Assembly: GCA_019748175.1 (NCBI GenBank) | Contig: JAIEPX010000004.1 | Span: 49,115-113,114, forward strand | Source of the DNA: Gammaproteobacteria bacterium | GTDB lineage: Bacteria > Pseudomonadota > Gammaproteobacteria > JAIEPX01 | Direction: 5' to 3' | DNA length: 64,000 bases | Part shown: piece after piece, positions 1 through 9,059 of the stretch | Layout of the letters: each line of letters begins with the position of its first letter | How positions within the stretch are numbered: position 1 is the first letter of the stretch | Program-made: the position numbers and the translations under genes | The notes under the pieces: generated by a model | The model's database searches: none | What the model was told of the DNA's origin: nothing | The model's input: the letters and a program-made list of their open reading frames with translations, nothing else

Positions 1-1446
1 ATAACGTAATCCCTCAAGATTATCTGTGCCAGGATCAATTCCCATGGCGACTGCAATATCATGGACTTCTTGAGACGCTAAAACCTGATCCGAATCTAAT
101 TCCCATGTGTTAAGAATTTTTCCTCTCAACGGCATTATCGCTTGCGTATCACGATCACGAGCTTGTTTTGCTGATCCACCTGCAGAATCGCCTTCTACCA
201 AGAAAAGCTCACAACGCTCAGGTTCTTGACTAACACAATCTGCCAATTTTCCAGGTAACGCAGGCCCTGCTGTTACTCGTTTGCGTACAACTATTTTACT
301 ATTTCGTGTGCGACGTTGTGCATTAGAAATAAATACTTGAGCGAGAGCTTCACCCAATGCAACATGTTGATTTAGCCATAAACTAAAAGAATCTTTAACG
401 ACCCCAGCAACAAATGTTGCGCATTGTCTAGACGACAAACGCTCTTTTGTTTGTCCAGCAAATTGGGGGTCTTGCATTTTAACAGATAAAACGTAGGCAA
501 TATTTTCCCAAATATCTTCGGGAACAATTTTCACACCGCGCGGAAGTAATTTGTGCAATTCACAAAAATCACGCATCGCATCCAACAATCCTGTACGAAA
601 TCCGTTGACGTGAGTACCACCTTGCGTCGTTGGAATTAAATTAACATAACTTTCTCCGATAACGGGCCCACCTTCGGGCAGCCAAGTTACAACCCAATCC
701 ACCGTTTCAGATTCACTCGCAAAACTCGCTTTAAATAATTCGTCAGGAATTCGAATGGCCTCTTCTAAACAAGAATTGAGATAATCACTCAAACCTTCTT
801 GATAACACCACTCTGTAGATCGATCACCCAGATGATCAGTGAAAACAACGCGCAATCCAGAACACAACACAGCTTTTGCACGCATATTATGCATTAATTG
901 TGTGACTTGAAATTTAACCGTATCAAAATATTGTGCATCGGGCCAAAAACGTACGCTGGTTCCTGTTTCACGTTTACCACACGTGTCTACCACTCTCAAT
1001 TTAGAAGCTGGTTCACCACCATTAAAATCCATTTGGTAAACTTGGCCATTATTTTTAACCTGAACTTGTAAACGCGTCGATAAAGCATTCACTACAGAAA
1101 TTCCAACCCCGTGCAATCCACCAGAAAATTTATAGTTTTTTGCAGAAAATTTTGCGCCCGCATGTAAACGCGTGAGAATGAGTTCCACACCGGAGATTTT
1201 GTGTTGTGGATGAATATCGACCGGCATACCTCGACCATCATCAATCACTTCTAATGAACCATCATTATGTAGCACAACTTCGACGCGAGAGGCGTGGCCA
1301 GCGATGGCCTCATCGACACTATTGTCTAATGCTTCTTGCCCAAGATGATTAGGATTTAGGGTGTTAGTGTACATCCCAGGGCGCTTACGCACTGGGTCAA
1401 GGCCTGTTAAAACCTCTATGGCTTCGGAAGTATATTGAGTAGTCAT
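1..1446 (-). CDS. parE: DNA topoisomerase IV subunit B, N-terminal part (C-terminus lies beyond the window start)
   Basis: Not in the ORF track because it is open at the window edge. The reverse complement from CAT 1444-1446 reads MTTQYTSEAIEVLTGLDPVRKRPGMYT..LDNSVDEAIAGHA..VIDDGRGMPVDIHP..LHAGAKFS..GGLHGVGISVVNALS. These are GHKL ATPase motifs that align with the E. coli ParE N-terminus. parC lies at 15638. Confidence 0.85.
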   Translation of the reverse strand, partial: MTTQYTSEAIEVLTGLDPVRKRPGMYTNTLNPNHLGQEALDNSVDEAIAGHASRVEVVLHNDGSLEVIDDGRGMPVDIHPQHKISGVELILTRLHAGAKFSAKNYKFSGGLHGVGISVVNALSTRLQVQVKNNGQVYQMDFNGGEPASKLRVVDTCGKRETGTSVRFWPDAQYFDTVKFQVTQLMHNMRAKAVLCSGLRVVFTDHLGDRSTEWCYQEGLSDYLNSCLEEAIRIPDELFKASFASESETVDWVVTWLPEGGPVIGESYVNLIPTTQGGTHVNGFRTGLLDAMRDFCELHKLLPRGVKIVPEDIWENIAYVLSVKMQDPQFAGQTKERLSSRQCATFVAGVVKDSFSLWLNQHVALGEALAQVFISNAQRRTRNSKIVVRKRVTAGPALPGKLADCVSQEPERCELFLVEGDSAGGSAKQARDRDTQAIMPLRGKILNTWELDSDQVLASQEVHDIAVAMGIDPGTDNLEGLRY

Positions 1447-1652
1447 GACCGCTGAAGTTACTGTATTCATTGGAATAAAGCAACTGAGAACAAGTACTGA
1501 TAGCCTGAATCACTAAGAACGTCCAACAACCTCGACCCTGAAGAGTATCTCCGGCCGAGCGTTCCCGCTCGTATCTCTAATCAAACACGTTGGCAAATGA
1601 ATGAGTATGGGTAATAATACCTTCCTCTATACTTCAATCCTAAACGTTGATT

Positions 1653-2414
1653 ATGAAACCCAATATCGCAATCATTAGACCAGACCAAAGCCTTTTAGAA
1701 GAAGCATTTACTTTGAGCCAACGTTTAAATATTCCTCTCATTGAGTCTACAGAAAAAGAATATTACACCGCCGTATTAATTTTTAATTTAGATACTTTAT
1801 CACTCCAACTCATAGGCCCAAAAGCACCGGGCCCGATCTGGGTGGATTTCATCAGTGGGAAATATGCTCATCGTCGCAAATATGGCGGTGGAAGAAGTCA
1901 ATTGATCGCTAAAGCCGTCGGATTAAAATCATTAAAATGCCCCTCCGTTTTAGATCTCACTGCTGGGTTGGGACAAGATGCTTTTGTGCTAGCTTGTTTA
2001 GGCTGTTCTGTCACAATGATTGAACGATCACTTATTATTGCTGCACTCGTTCAAAACGCCATGAATCGTGCAAGAGATGATGTTTTTTTTACAAGTTTAA
2101 CATTACAATTAATGGTTACGGATAGCCTGAGCTATTTAAAATCGCTTTCAGAAAAAGAATGTCCCGATGTCATTTATATCGACCCTATGTTCCCACATCG
2201 AACAAAATCCGCGCTAGTGAAAAAAGAAATGCGTGTCTTACGGGAAATCGTCGGCGAAGATATTGATGCGGGATTATTACTCGAAAAAGCTTGTGAAATA
2301 TCAAAAAAACGTGTCGTAGTTAAAAGACCGAGACACGCTCCACATTTGAATGAACGCAAGCCCGATTTGGAATACTTTGGAGAAAGCAGTCGATTCGATG
2401 TTTATATTTCTTAA
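1653..2414 (+). CDS. rsmJ: 16S rRNA (guanine1516-N2)-methyltransferase RsmJ
   Basis: Collinear with E. coli RsmJ/YhiQ: FISGKYAHRRKYGGGRSQLIAKAVG, SAM motif LDLTAGLGQDAFVLACLGCSVTMIERS, DPMFPHRTKSALVKKEMRV, VVVKRP. ATG 1653 is preferred over the TTG at 1647. Confidence 0.88.
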   Translation: MKPNIAIIRPDQSLLEEAFTLSQRLNIPLIESTEKEYYTAVLIFNLDTLSLQLIGPKAPGPIWVDFISGKYAHRRKYGGGRSQLIAKAVGLKSLKCPSVLDLTAGLGQDAFVLACLGCSVTMIERSLIIAALVQNAMNRARDDVFFTSLTLQLMVTDSLSYLKSLSEKECPDVIYIDPMFPHRTKSALVKKEMRVLREIVGEDIDAGLLLEKACEISKKRVVVKRPRHAPHLNERKPDLEYFGESSRFDVYIS

Positions 2415-2530
2415 GAAAAAAATTTATTATAAATTAAGACAATAAAAGTTACATAAAAATGCTGTCATCCTTGGCGTAAAAATTCTTATTTCTTGCTTCT
2501 GTAATTCTTAATTGGAATGGCTTGATTTAA

Positions 2531-2983
2531 TTACATATGAAAATTAACCTTAATGTCATCACTCGTCATTTCTGCCAAGCGGTTGGTAGGGTCGAGCGCA
2601 ATTGCTTTAGCAACACATTCCCTAACTAAAGAATAATCTTTCGCAGGAGCTGTTTGTCGAATAAAATCAGCATATTCAGCGTAAGCTTGGGAAACAATTT
2701 TGGCATCTTTTTTAGTTAAACTCGTACGAGTATTTTCGTCGTTATATAATGATTCCACAATCAGATAGACATCTTCATAACAGCTTTTAGCAAGCCCGTA
2801 CCGTGTATCTTCTGGTTTAAAATAAATTCGGGCATCAGATAGATTTTTTTGTAACGCTTCTAATGAACTCAAAATAAACTCGAGTGTCAATTTCTGTGAC
2901 TTTTCGACCCATAGGCGCGTATGATCGGTGTGCGTCAATACATTAGGAACAGCGAGTGAGAATCCGCGATGAAACTTCTTCAT
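2531..2983 (-). CDS. hypothetical protein (orphan, about 150 aa)
   Basis: Open frame in an AT-rich stretch. ATG at 2983 (MKKFHRGF) is preferred to the upstream ATG at 3010. I recognise no motif. Confidence 0.5.
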   Translation of the reverse strand: MKKFHRGFSLAVPNVLTHTDHTRLWVEKSQKLTLEFILSSLEALQKNLSDARIYFKPEDTRYGLAKSCYEDVYLIVESLYNDENTRTSLTKKDAKIVSQAYAEYADFIRQTAPAKDYSLVRECVAKAIALDPTNRLAEMTSDDIKVNFHM

Positions 2984-3028
2984 AAAATAATCTCCTCTAA
3001 ACAAACTCAAAAGACTAAATAGCCCTAA

Positions 3029-3988
3029 CTAATTCTTTGGTCTCGGTGTATCAATACCATGCCCGCTGTCTTCGTTATGAGCTTCCCTCTCAGCAGGCTT
3101 ATCTAATGAATCCTCTCCGTGCACAACTGATTTCTTCGTGGTTTTGTAGTCATGTTCGTCTCGAGCAGTATCACCTAGGTTTCGCGTCAGGCCACTAGCA
3201 CGCAACACAGTTACGATTTTAGCATAAGAATCATCTGAATGGAAGCCATTTTCTTCTGCGAGAACAACCAACATTTGCCTCATCGCCGCAATAGGATTAA
3301 TATTCATAACCTCTAGAGGGGATGCAGGGGTAATTTTTTTTGCAATGGCACTAGAACAATTATCAGTAATATTAGACGGCTTTAAGTTATAAGGCATAAT
3401 ATCCGATTCCATTACATTTATTTCAAAATTTTTAATCATTTGCGTATTCAACTGTACAGCATAAAAGGATGTATTGTGCCCATCAGTTATGCCTTTCTTT
3501 ACATCAGTCAACAATGCGGCATCTCTATCTTTAAATTTGGAATTTAGATGGCTAATAAATGTAGCATTATAATATAATGAAATATGTCCAGGGATCAGTT
3601 CTTTTGCAATTCTTTGTGGTATTGTTTTCAGAGGTTCTTTTTGAGTAAACAATTCTACTATTTCCCTTTGAATAGCTGGTTCAGCACTAATAACAGTGCC
3701 ACGAATTATTAATGTGACTTCATTATTTTTATCTCCCAGCTCTTTTATCAGCTTAACTTCCCGCAATGATCTTATTTGATATTCTTGTTGGGTTTCATGA
3801 TCTTTTTTATCGGGGCCTAACTTGATTACCCTTCCCATCTTGCGCGGCAAATCCCAAACAGAAGAATGCAACGGTCTAGACAGCAAATTAAACTGAAAAA
3901 GTCGATTTCTTTCATTAATGATTCTTCGCATACAGTTCTCCAACTTACTTCTAATTATATTATAGCTCCCTGTATTGATATCGTCCAA
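3029..3988 (-). CDS. hypothetical protein (orphan, 319 aa)
   Basis: A long ORF in AT-rich DNA, where stop codons are frequent, so it is likely coding. No signal peptide and no recognisable motif. Charged C-terminal tail (DKPAEREAHNEDSGHGIDTPRPKN). Confidence 0.55.
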   Translation of the reverse strand: MDDINTGSYNIIRSKLENCMRRIINERNRLFQFNLLSRPLHSSVWDLPRKMGRVIKLGPDKKDHETQQEYQIRSLREVKLIKELGDKNNEVTLIIRGTVISAEPAIQREIVELFTQKEPLKTIPQRIAKELIPGHISLYYNATFISHLNSKFKDRDAALLTDVKKGITDGHNTSFYAVQLNTQMIKNFEINVMESDIMPYNLKPSNITDNCSSAIAKKITPASPLEVMNINPIAAMRQMLVVLAEENGFHSDDSYAKIVTVLRASGLTRNLGDTARDEHDYKTTKKSVVHGEDSLDKPAEREAHNEDSGHGIDTPRPKN

Positions 3989-4087
3989 CGACCGCCATTA
4001 ATTTGAAGAGGCGAGCCACATGCTTAGTTAGCAAAACTAATATCCAATTTATAATTATACCCAAAAATAACGTTTGACAATAACTCC

Positions 4088-5383
4088 ATGTTTTTTTATA
4101 GTAAAAATATGGCAACAACATTACGAACACAATCTTTTATAGGCGCCGCAATCGGTACCATGATCGAATATTACGATTATGCTTTATTTGCCATTTTTCT
4201 TCCGTTGATTGCCACTCAATTTTTTCCTGGAAAGGATGCTTATGAAGCCTTAAGCAACGGATATTATATCCTTATGATTTCTATGCTGGGGCGTCCACTT
4301 GGAGGAGCTATCTTTGGACATATAGGCGATATGATTGGTCGACCTCGCGCATTACTACTCTCCATGTATGGAATTGCCGTCACTACTTTTATTATTGGTA
4401 TCACGCCTACTTACCAAAGCATTGGCATTTGGGCTATTGTCATTATTGTCATCACTAAATTTTTTCAAATTGCTTGTTTTGGCGGGGAATATAATGGCGC
4501 AGGAATTTATGTCGTTGAACATTCCAAACCTACGCGTGAAGGATTTTCTGGAAGCGCACTCGCTGCAATAATGACTTCAGGTTCAATATTTGCGTCATTA
4601 TTCGGCGTATTACTCACTATGGATTTTATGCCCAGCTGGAGTTGGCGCATCGCATTTTATGTTGGGGGTCTCATTGGTGTTTTTGGCGTTCTTTATCGAA
4701 AAAAACTACACGAATCACCTCAATTTAAACCCGCCAATAACAAAGAGCATTCATTAAGAAAATTAATACAACTGTATCCGCGCCAAATTATTGCCGGTGC
4801 GTTTATCGGTGGATTTATTACGATTCCTTTCACCACAGTACTTACATTTGTAAATCCTGTACTCATGACAAAAGGGTTTATGACTGCTCATCAATTAATG
4901 TGGCTACAAACTTTGATGATTGCAGTAGGTGTCATCATCATTTTAATTACCGGAAAATTAGCTGACTACTTTTCAGCTAGAAAAGTCATGCTTTTTGGGG
5001 CAGCTTCATTGATAATATTTTCTTATCCACTACTTCTATTAATTGACCAACACTCTTTTTTCTGGCTAATTTTTAGTTCCATTATTTTTGTCACTATTAA
5101 TGATATTATTCTTGGACCCTCGAATGCATTTCTGAAAAATATTTTTCCACCCGAATTTCGATATCGTGGTAGCTCACTCGGATTTACACTTGGCATGACA
5201 ATTCTCGGAGGCCTCACAGCCCCCATCGAAAATGCTCTTTATCATGCAACAGGTTCTTTCGCCGCAGCTTCTCTTTGGTTAATATTTATCGGCATCGGAT
5301 CTTTTTGGTCTATTAACCGTGCTAGCTCTAGTCAATTATGGAAAATTTCATCTTTAGAACAGTCAACTGCGAATAATAATTAG
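4088..5383 (+). CDS. MFS transporter, metabolite:H+ symporter (ProP-like) family
   Basis: Multi-pass hydrophobic 431-aa ORF. It has the N-terminal MHS signature GTMIEYYDYALF and the MFS loop GRPLGGAIFGHIGDMIGRPRAL. The alternative start ATG 4109 (MATTLRTQ) is plausible. Confidence 0.8.
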   Translation: MFFYSKNMATTLRTQSFIGAAIGTMIEYYDYALFAIFLPLIATQFFPGKDAYEALSNGYYILMISMLGRPLGGAIFGHIGDMIGRPRALLLSMYGIAVTTFIIGITPTYQSIGIWAIVIIVITKFFQIACFGGEYNGAGIYVVEHSKPTREGFSGSALAAIMTSGSIFASLFGVLLTMDFMPSWSWRIAFYVGGLIGVFGVLYRKKLHESPQFKPANNKEHSLRKLIQLYPRQIIAGAFIGGFITIPFTTVLTFVNPVLMTKGFMTAHQLMWLQTLMIAVGVIIILITGKLADYFSARKVMLFGAASLIIFSYPLLLLIDQHSFFWLIFSSIIFVTINDIILGPSNAFLKNIFPPEFRYRGSSLGFTLGMTILGGLTAPIENALYHATGSFAAASLWLIFIGIGSFWSINRASSSQLWKISSLEQSTANNN

Positions 5384-5412
5384 AAAGGGTGATGATACAT
5401 CCATGCATTAGA

Positions 5413-6339
5413 TCAAAAGAGACGGACTACTCTATCACTTAGGAGATCAAGATACTTTTGCTTCATATCTGCACTCAAAAAACTGATGTCAATTAATCTA
5501 TTCCATTCGGGTAATTGGGCTTTGATCTTTGCTAGCTCAGATTCAACAATTTTTTCATTCAGCCCCATTCGATCTTTTCCAAAGTAATCAATGATATCTT
5601 TTCTCCTGATGTTGCTCTTTTTTCCGTTGAGCGGAAGCGCAAGTTCTTCTTTGCCAGACAATATTATACTTGAGCTTAAGAAATCATAGGCAGGGGAAAG
5701 CCCAACTTTATTATTTCTCGTAATAAGTGAAAAATTTTTTAAATGCATATCTTCATTTCCAATTAAAAAATTAAAAACTGTACGTGTAAATAACTTAACT
5801 TTTTCAATCAGTGGAAACGTTGTAAATTGATCGACTATTGAAACCACTTTTTCCATGGAAGAATCGTATTTAGTTGATCGCGTGTGTTCAGAAAGTTGTG
5901 AAAAATCTTCGACGGACAATTTTTTCACTTGACTCAATCGGTCAAATCTTTTAATGAAATATGTAAATGAGCCATCTACTCCATACAGTAAGCCATGGAG
6001 AGGTACTTCAATACCAATGCAGGCTGCTAACCTCATTGTTAAATCTTCATTCTGTGGAACTTCGGAATAAAGTTGATGCTCAGGTTTCAATATATATTTA
6101 CCAAATGAATCGACAATCTTAAAAGATTCATTTTTGATGCTCAAAATGGCGCTTAATTTCGGCTGAACACCTTGAATAGACATTTTATTAGCACGTTTGA
6201 TGGCTTCTTTACGTAATTCGTCAGCTGTTAGTTGTATCAAGGAAAGATTTTTCAATTTAGGTGACAACAGATTCAATCCACGTTCAGAATAGCGGCGATC
6301 GTCTCGAATCGATTCGTAGGTTATAGGACAAATTCTCAT
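5413..6339 (-). CDS. hipT: HipT-type Ser/Thr kinase toxin (HipA C-terminal kinase core only)
   Basis: 308 aa. Gly-rich loop MSIQGVQPKLSA, catalytic loop GNEDMHLKNFSL and SPAYDFLSS match the HipA kinase motifs. It lacks the HipA N-subdomain, which the upstream gene encodes. 4-nt overlap with hipS. Confidence 0.8.
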   Translation of the reverse strand: MRICPITYESIRDDRRYSERGLNLLSPKLKNLSLIQLTADELRKEAIKRANKMSIQGVQPKLSAILSIKNESFKIVDSFGKYILKPEHQLYSEVPQNEDLTMRLAACIGIEVPLHGLLYGVDGSFTYFIKRFDRLSQVKKLSVEDFSQLSEHTRSTKYDSSMEKVVSIVDQFTTFPLIEKVKLFTRTVFNFLIGNEDMHLKNFSLITRNNKVGLSPAYDFLSSSIILSGKEELALPLNGKKSNIRRKDIIDYFGKDRMGLNEKIVESELAKIKAQLPEWNRLIDISFLSADMKQKYLDLLSDRVVRLF

Positions 6340-6644
6340 TTGATTTCCTTGACCGTCACAGATCCGACCAGATCATTGCCTACTCTTACTAATTGACTAA
6401 AATAATCTCCACTATCAATTTTCTCCGCTTTAAGTAACGCCAATAACATTACACCTTCTGGTAAAACACCGTCAAAAAAAGGAGGGAATTTTTTATACTC
6501 ATAACGTTTATGCACTAATGGCATTGTCAGTGAGATGGGCGGGCCATTATAATTCTGGATATATTCAAATATATACATCTTCTCATCAGTTTCTGTCAGA
6601 ACGCCAGCCTGAATATCATGATTAAATACTTTAGCCTGTCTCAT
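6336..6644 (-). CDS. hipS: HipS (HipA N-terminal-subdomain-like protein, antitoxin of HipBST systems)
   Basis: 102 aa. Its position between an HTH gene and a truncated HipA kinase, its size, and its overlaps with both neighbours match the tripartite HipBST layout. Confidence 0.7.
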   Translation of the reverse strand: MRQAKVFNHDIQAGVLTETDEKMYIFEYIQNYNGPPISLTMPLVHKRYEYKKFPPFFDGVLPEGVMLLALLKAEKIDSGDYFSQLVRVGNDLVGSVTVKEIK

Positions 6645-6870
6645 GCTCTGTCTCCGTATAACTCAGTGGCGTTTTTATCAGTAATTTAATATTTAGCACA
6701 TGAAGAACTTTTAATAGCGATTGTAGTCGTACAGTCGATTTAGCGTGCTCAATATCAAAAACCACTGTTTTGCCAACCCCAGCGTAGTCGGCCAATTGCT
6801 TTTGGCTTAAACCTGCTTGCTTTCGATCAAACTGTACCGTTTTTGCAATTGCTGTAATAAAGTCACTCAT
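6631..6870 (-). CDS. hipB: HipB-like XRE-family HTH protein
   Basis: 79 aa. HTH segment GLSQKQLADYAGVGKTVVFDIEHAK. First gene of the three-gene overlapping operon. Confidence 0.8.
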   Translation of the reverse strand: MSDFITAIAKTVQFDRKQAGLSQKQLADYAGVGKTVVFDIEHAKSTVRLQSLLKVLHVLNIKLLIKTPLSYTETEHETG

Positions 6871-6885
6871 CCATTCTATCCAAAA

Positions 6886-7047
6886 TTACTGTCTTAGCGG
6901 TAACTTTAGCCTGTTTGCATAATATTGTCAATGTCTAAATAAGCAAACTTGATATTTTTACCGCGATAACAGCAATATTGCCATGTTTGCCTTATTTTTG
7001 TCGCCGCCAATGATACAAACCAAACAATATTACTGTTATCACGGTAA
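6886..7047. promoter_or_regulatory. three operator-like pseudo-palindromic 18-mers upstream of hipB
   Basis: TTACTGTCTTAGCGGTAA (6886-6903), TTACCGCGATAACAGCAA (6958-6975) and TTACTGTTATCACGGTAA (7030-7047). The pattern is TTAC[CT]G-N6-C[AG]G[CT]AA. Centre-to-centre spacing is 72 and 72 bp. Confidence 0.55.
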
Positions 7048-7066
7048 TATTTGCAGAATAGCACCA

Positions 7067-7525
7067 TTATGTAATACTGCAAATGACTCGGTACTCTTCT
7101 GATGCAATGGGTGTCACTGATAATCGATTACCTTTGCGAAGAATGACCATTGAAGATAAATGAGGATGATCACGAAGTTCGCCTAGTGTTAAAACACGAT
7201 CAAATTTTTTTAATAACTTAACATCGACCATACCCCAACGAGGATCAGCAGGAGAACTTTTTGGATCAAAATGATCTGAATCAGGATCGAACTGAGTATC
7301 GTCGGGATAAAATGATTTTACAATCTGTACCAGACCAACAATTCCCGGTTCATCGCAACTGGAATGATAAAAAAATCCTTGGTCGCCCTCTTTCATATCA
7401 TCACGCATCATATTACGGGCTTGATAATTTCGCACACCATCCCAACCAGTGATTTGATTGGGGCGTTTAGCTAAATCATCAACACTAAAACAAGATGGCT
7501 CGGATTTGAATAACCAGTATTTCAT
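7067..7525 (-). CDS. EVE (PUA-like) domain protein
   Basis: MKYWLFKSEPSCFSVDDL..GWDGVRNYQARNMMRDDMKEGDQGFFYHS is the typical EVE domain N-terminus. ATG 7525 is preferred to the extended ORF start at 7606. Confidence 0.8.
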   Translation of the reverse strand: MKYWLFKSEPSCFSVDDLAKRPNQITGWDGVRNYQARNMMRDDMKEGDQGFFYHSSCDEPGIVGLVQIVKSFYPDDTQFDPDSDHFDPKSSPADPRWGMVDVKLLKKFDRVLTLGELRDHPHLSSMVILRKGNRLSVTPIASEEYRVICSIT

Positions 7526-7654
7526 TGTTAGCTCTCCTAGTATTCTAAGACAAATTGAACATACCATAATTTCTATGCCCGAACAATTCATACTGGTATT
7601 CAGCATTATGATCCGCTTATACTACGATTTTTGCCATTTGAATGGACGCTTATA

Positions 7655-9043
7655 ATGACTACGTTAAAATCATTAAATCCCGCAGACTACTCTGTCATCG
7701 GAGAAGTCAATGTATCATCGGCGCAAGATATTGCTGAAAAAGTTCAACTTGCACATGCCGCTAAAAAACCATGGAAAACATTGGGCGCAAAAAAACGCGC
7801 TGAATTATTGCGACCACTGCACAATACGATAGAAAAAAGATCGCATGAAATCTCTGAACTCACTTCTCTAGAAATAGGCAAGCCAATTTCTCAAAGCATC
7901 GAAGATATGGAATTTACGCTCGATTATCTACAAGCATTTGTAGATGATGCACCCGGCTATTTGGAAAATGAAATTACAGTGAGTGAAAAATCAAAGGATC
8001 AATCAGCATTTCATCAAATTATTTATGAGCCTATTGGCGTGACTGCGTGCATAGTACCCTGGAACTATCCATTAAGTAATTTTATTTGGGGCGTTATTCC
8101 AAATTTAATTGCTGGAAATCCTGTAGTATTTAAACATTCGGAAGAATGCCCGTTAATTGGTAAACTCATCGAAGAAATGATGGACGAATTGCAATTACCT
8201 GATGGAGTATTTTCTGAAGTATATGGTGACGGTAGCGTCGGCCATTCACTTATTGAACAAAATATTGATTTAATTTGGTTCACTGGCAGCTCACACACAG
8301 GGAAAGAATTATTTGAAATTGCAGCCAAAAAAGGAATTAAAAGTGTCCTCGAAATGGGAGGGTCTGACCCCGCCATCATTTTTGAAGACGCAAAAATTCT
8401 AGATTTTGATCGTGTCATTTCTCGAGTTTATTCCCAACGATTTGAAAATTGCGGCCAAATTTGTAGCGCTGCAAAACGATTAATTGTTCATGATTCTATT
8501 TTTCAAGATGTGCTAGATAGGCTGGTTAATTATTTGAGCACCGTGAAAATTGGTGATCCGCTAGATCCCAACACACAATTGGGTCCTCTCGCCGCAGAGC
8601 GACAATTACAATTATTAGAATCTCAAATTAAGGATGCTGTAGCATTAGGGGCAAAAATAGTATGTGGCGGAAAAAGACCCGAGAATCATGAAGGAGCCTA
8701 TTATTTACCCACTCTACTTTCTGATATCAAACCAACAATGCGAGTTTGGAAAGAAGAGACGTTTGGCCCTGTATTACCAATTGTCACTTTTTCAACAGAA
8801 GAAGAAGCGATCGCTTTAGCAAACGATACAATCTTTGGACTCAGTAGTCTTATTTTCACTTCTGATTCCAAACGAGCAAGACGCGTCGCTGCCCAAATCG
8901 AAGCAGGATGTGTAGACATTAATTTTGGAAGTCACTGGCGACCATGCAATCCCTTCGGTGGTTACAAAGCTTCTGGCGTTGGACGTGAGCATGGAAAATT
9001 TGGATTTCAAGAACTCACGCAAGTGAAAGTAATAGCCGAATAA
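7655..9043 (+). CDS. NAD(P)-dependent aldehyde dehydrogenase family protein
   Basis: ALDH motifs: VPWNYPL, FTGSSHTGKELF, catalytic ELGG-like LEMGGSDP, catalytic Cys region ENCGQICSAAKRL, and EETFGPVLP. ATG 7655 is preferred to TTG 7631. Confidence 0.88.
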   Translation: MTTLKSLNPADYSVIGEVNVSSAQDIAEKVQLAHAAKKPWKTLGAKKRAELLRPLHNTIEKRSHEISELTSLEIGKPISQSIEDMEFTLDYLQAFVDDAPGYLENEITVSEKSKDQSAFHQIIYEPIGVTACIVPWNYPLSNFIWGVIPNLIAGNPVVFKHSEECPLIGKLIEEMMDELQLPDGVFSEVYGDGSVGHSLIEQNIDLIWFTGSSHTGKELFEIAAKKGIKSVLEMGGSDPAIIFEDAKILDFDRVISRVYSQRFENCGQICSAAKRLIVHDSIFQDVLDRLVNYLSTVKIGDPLDPNTQLGPLAAERQLQLLESQIKDAVALGAKIVCGGKRPENHEGAYYLPTLLSDIKPTMRVWKEETFGPVLPIVTFSTEEEAIALANDTIFGLSSLIFTSDSKRARRVAAQIEAGCVDINFGSHWRPCNPFGGYKASGVGREHGKFGFQELTQVKVIAE

Positions 9044-9059
9044 ATTAGAGAGGTTTAAT

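Noticed and set aside
8065-8418. Antisense or overlapping short ORFs in the track. Examples: 2174-2359, 4335-4571, 8065-8418, 8701-9109, 15696-15995, 16528-16857, 20625-20879, 24116-24466, 34829-35293, 49052-49354, 52152-52538, 55284-55669, 57797-58211, 59652-59948.
   Set aside because: All lie inside, and mostly antisense to, longer ORFs with clear family motifs. Their translations are low complexity or compositionally odd, so I treat them as frame artefacts.
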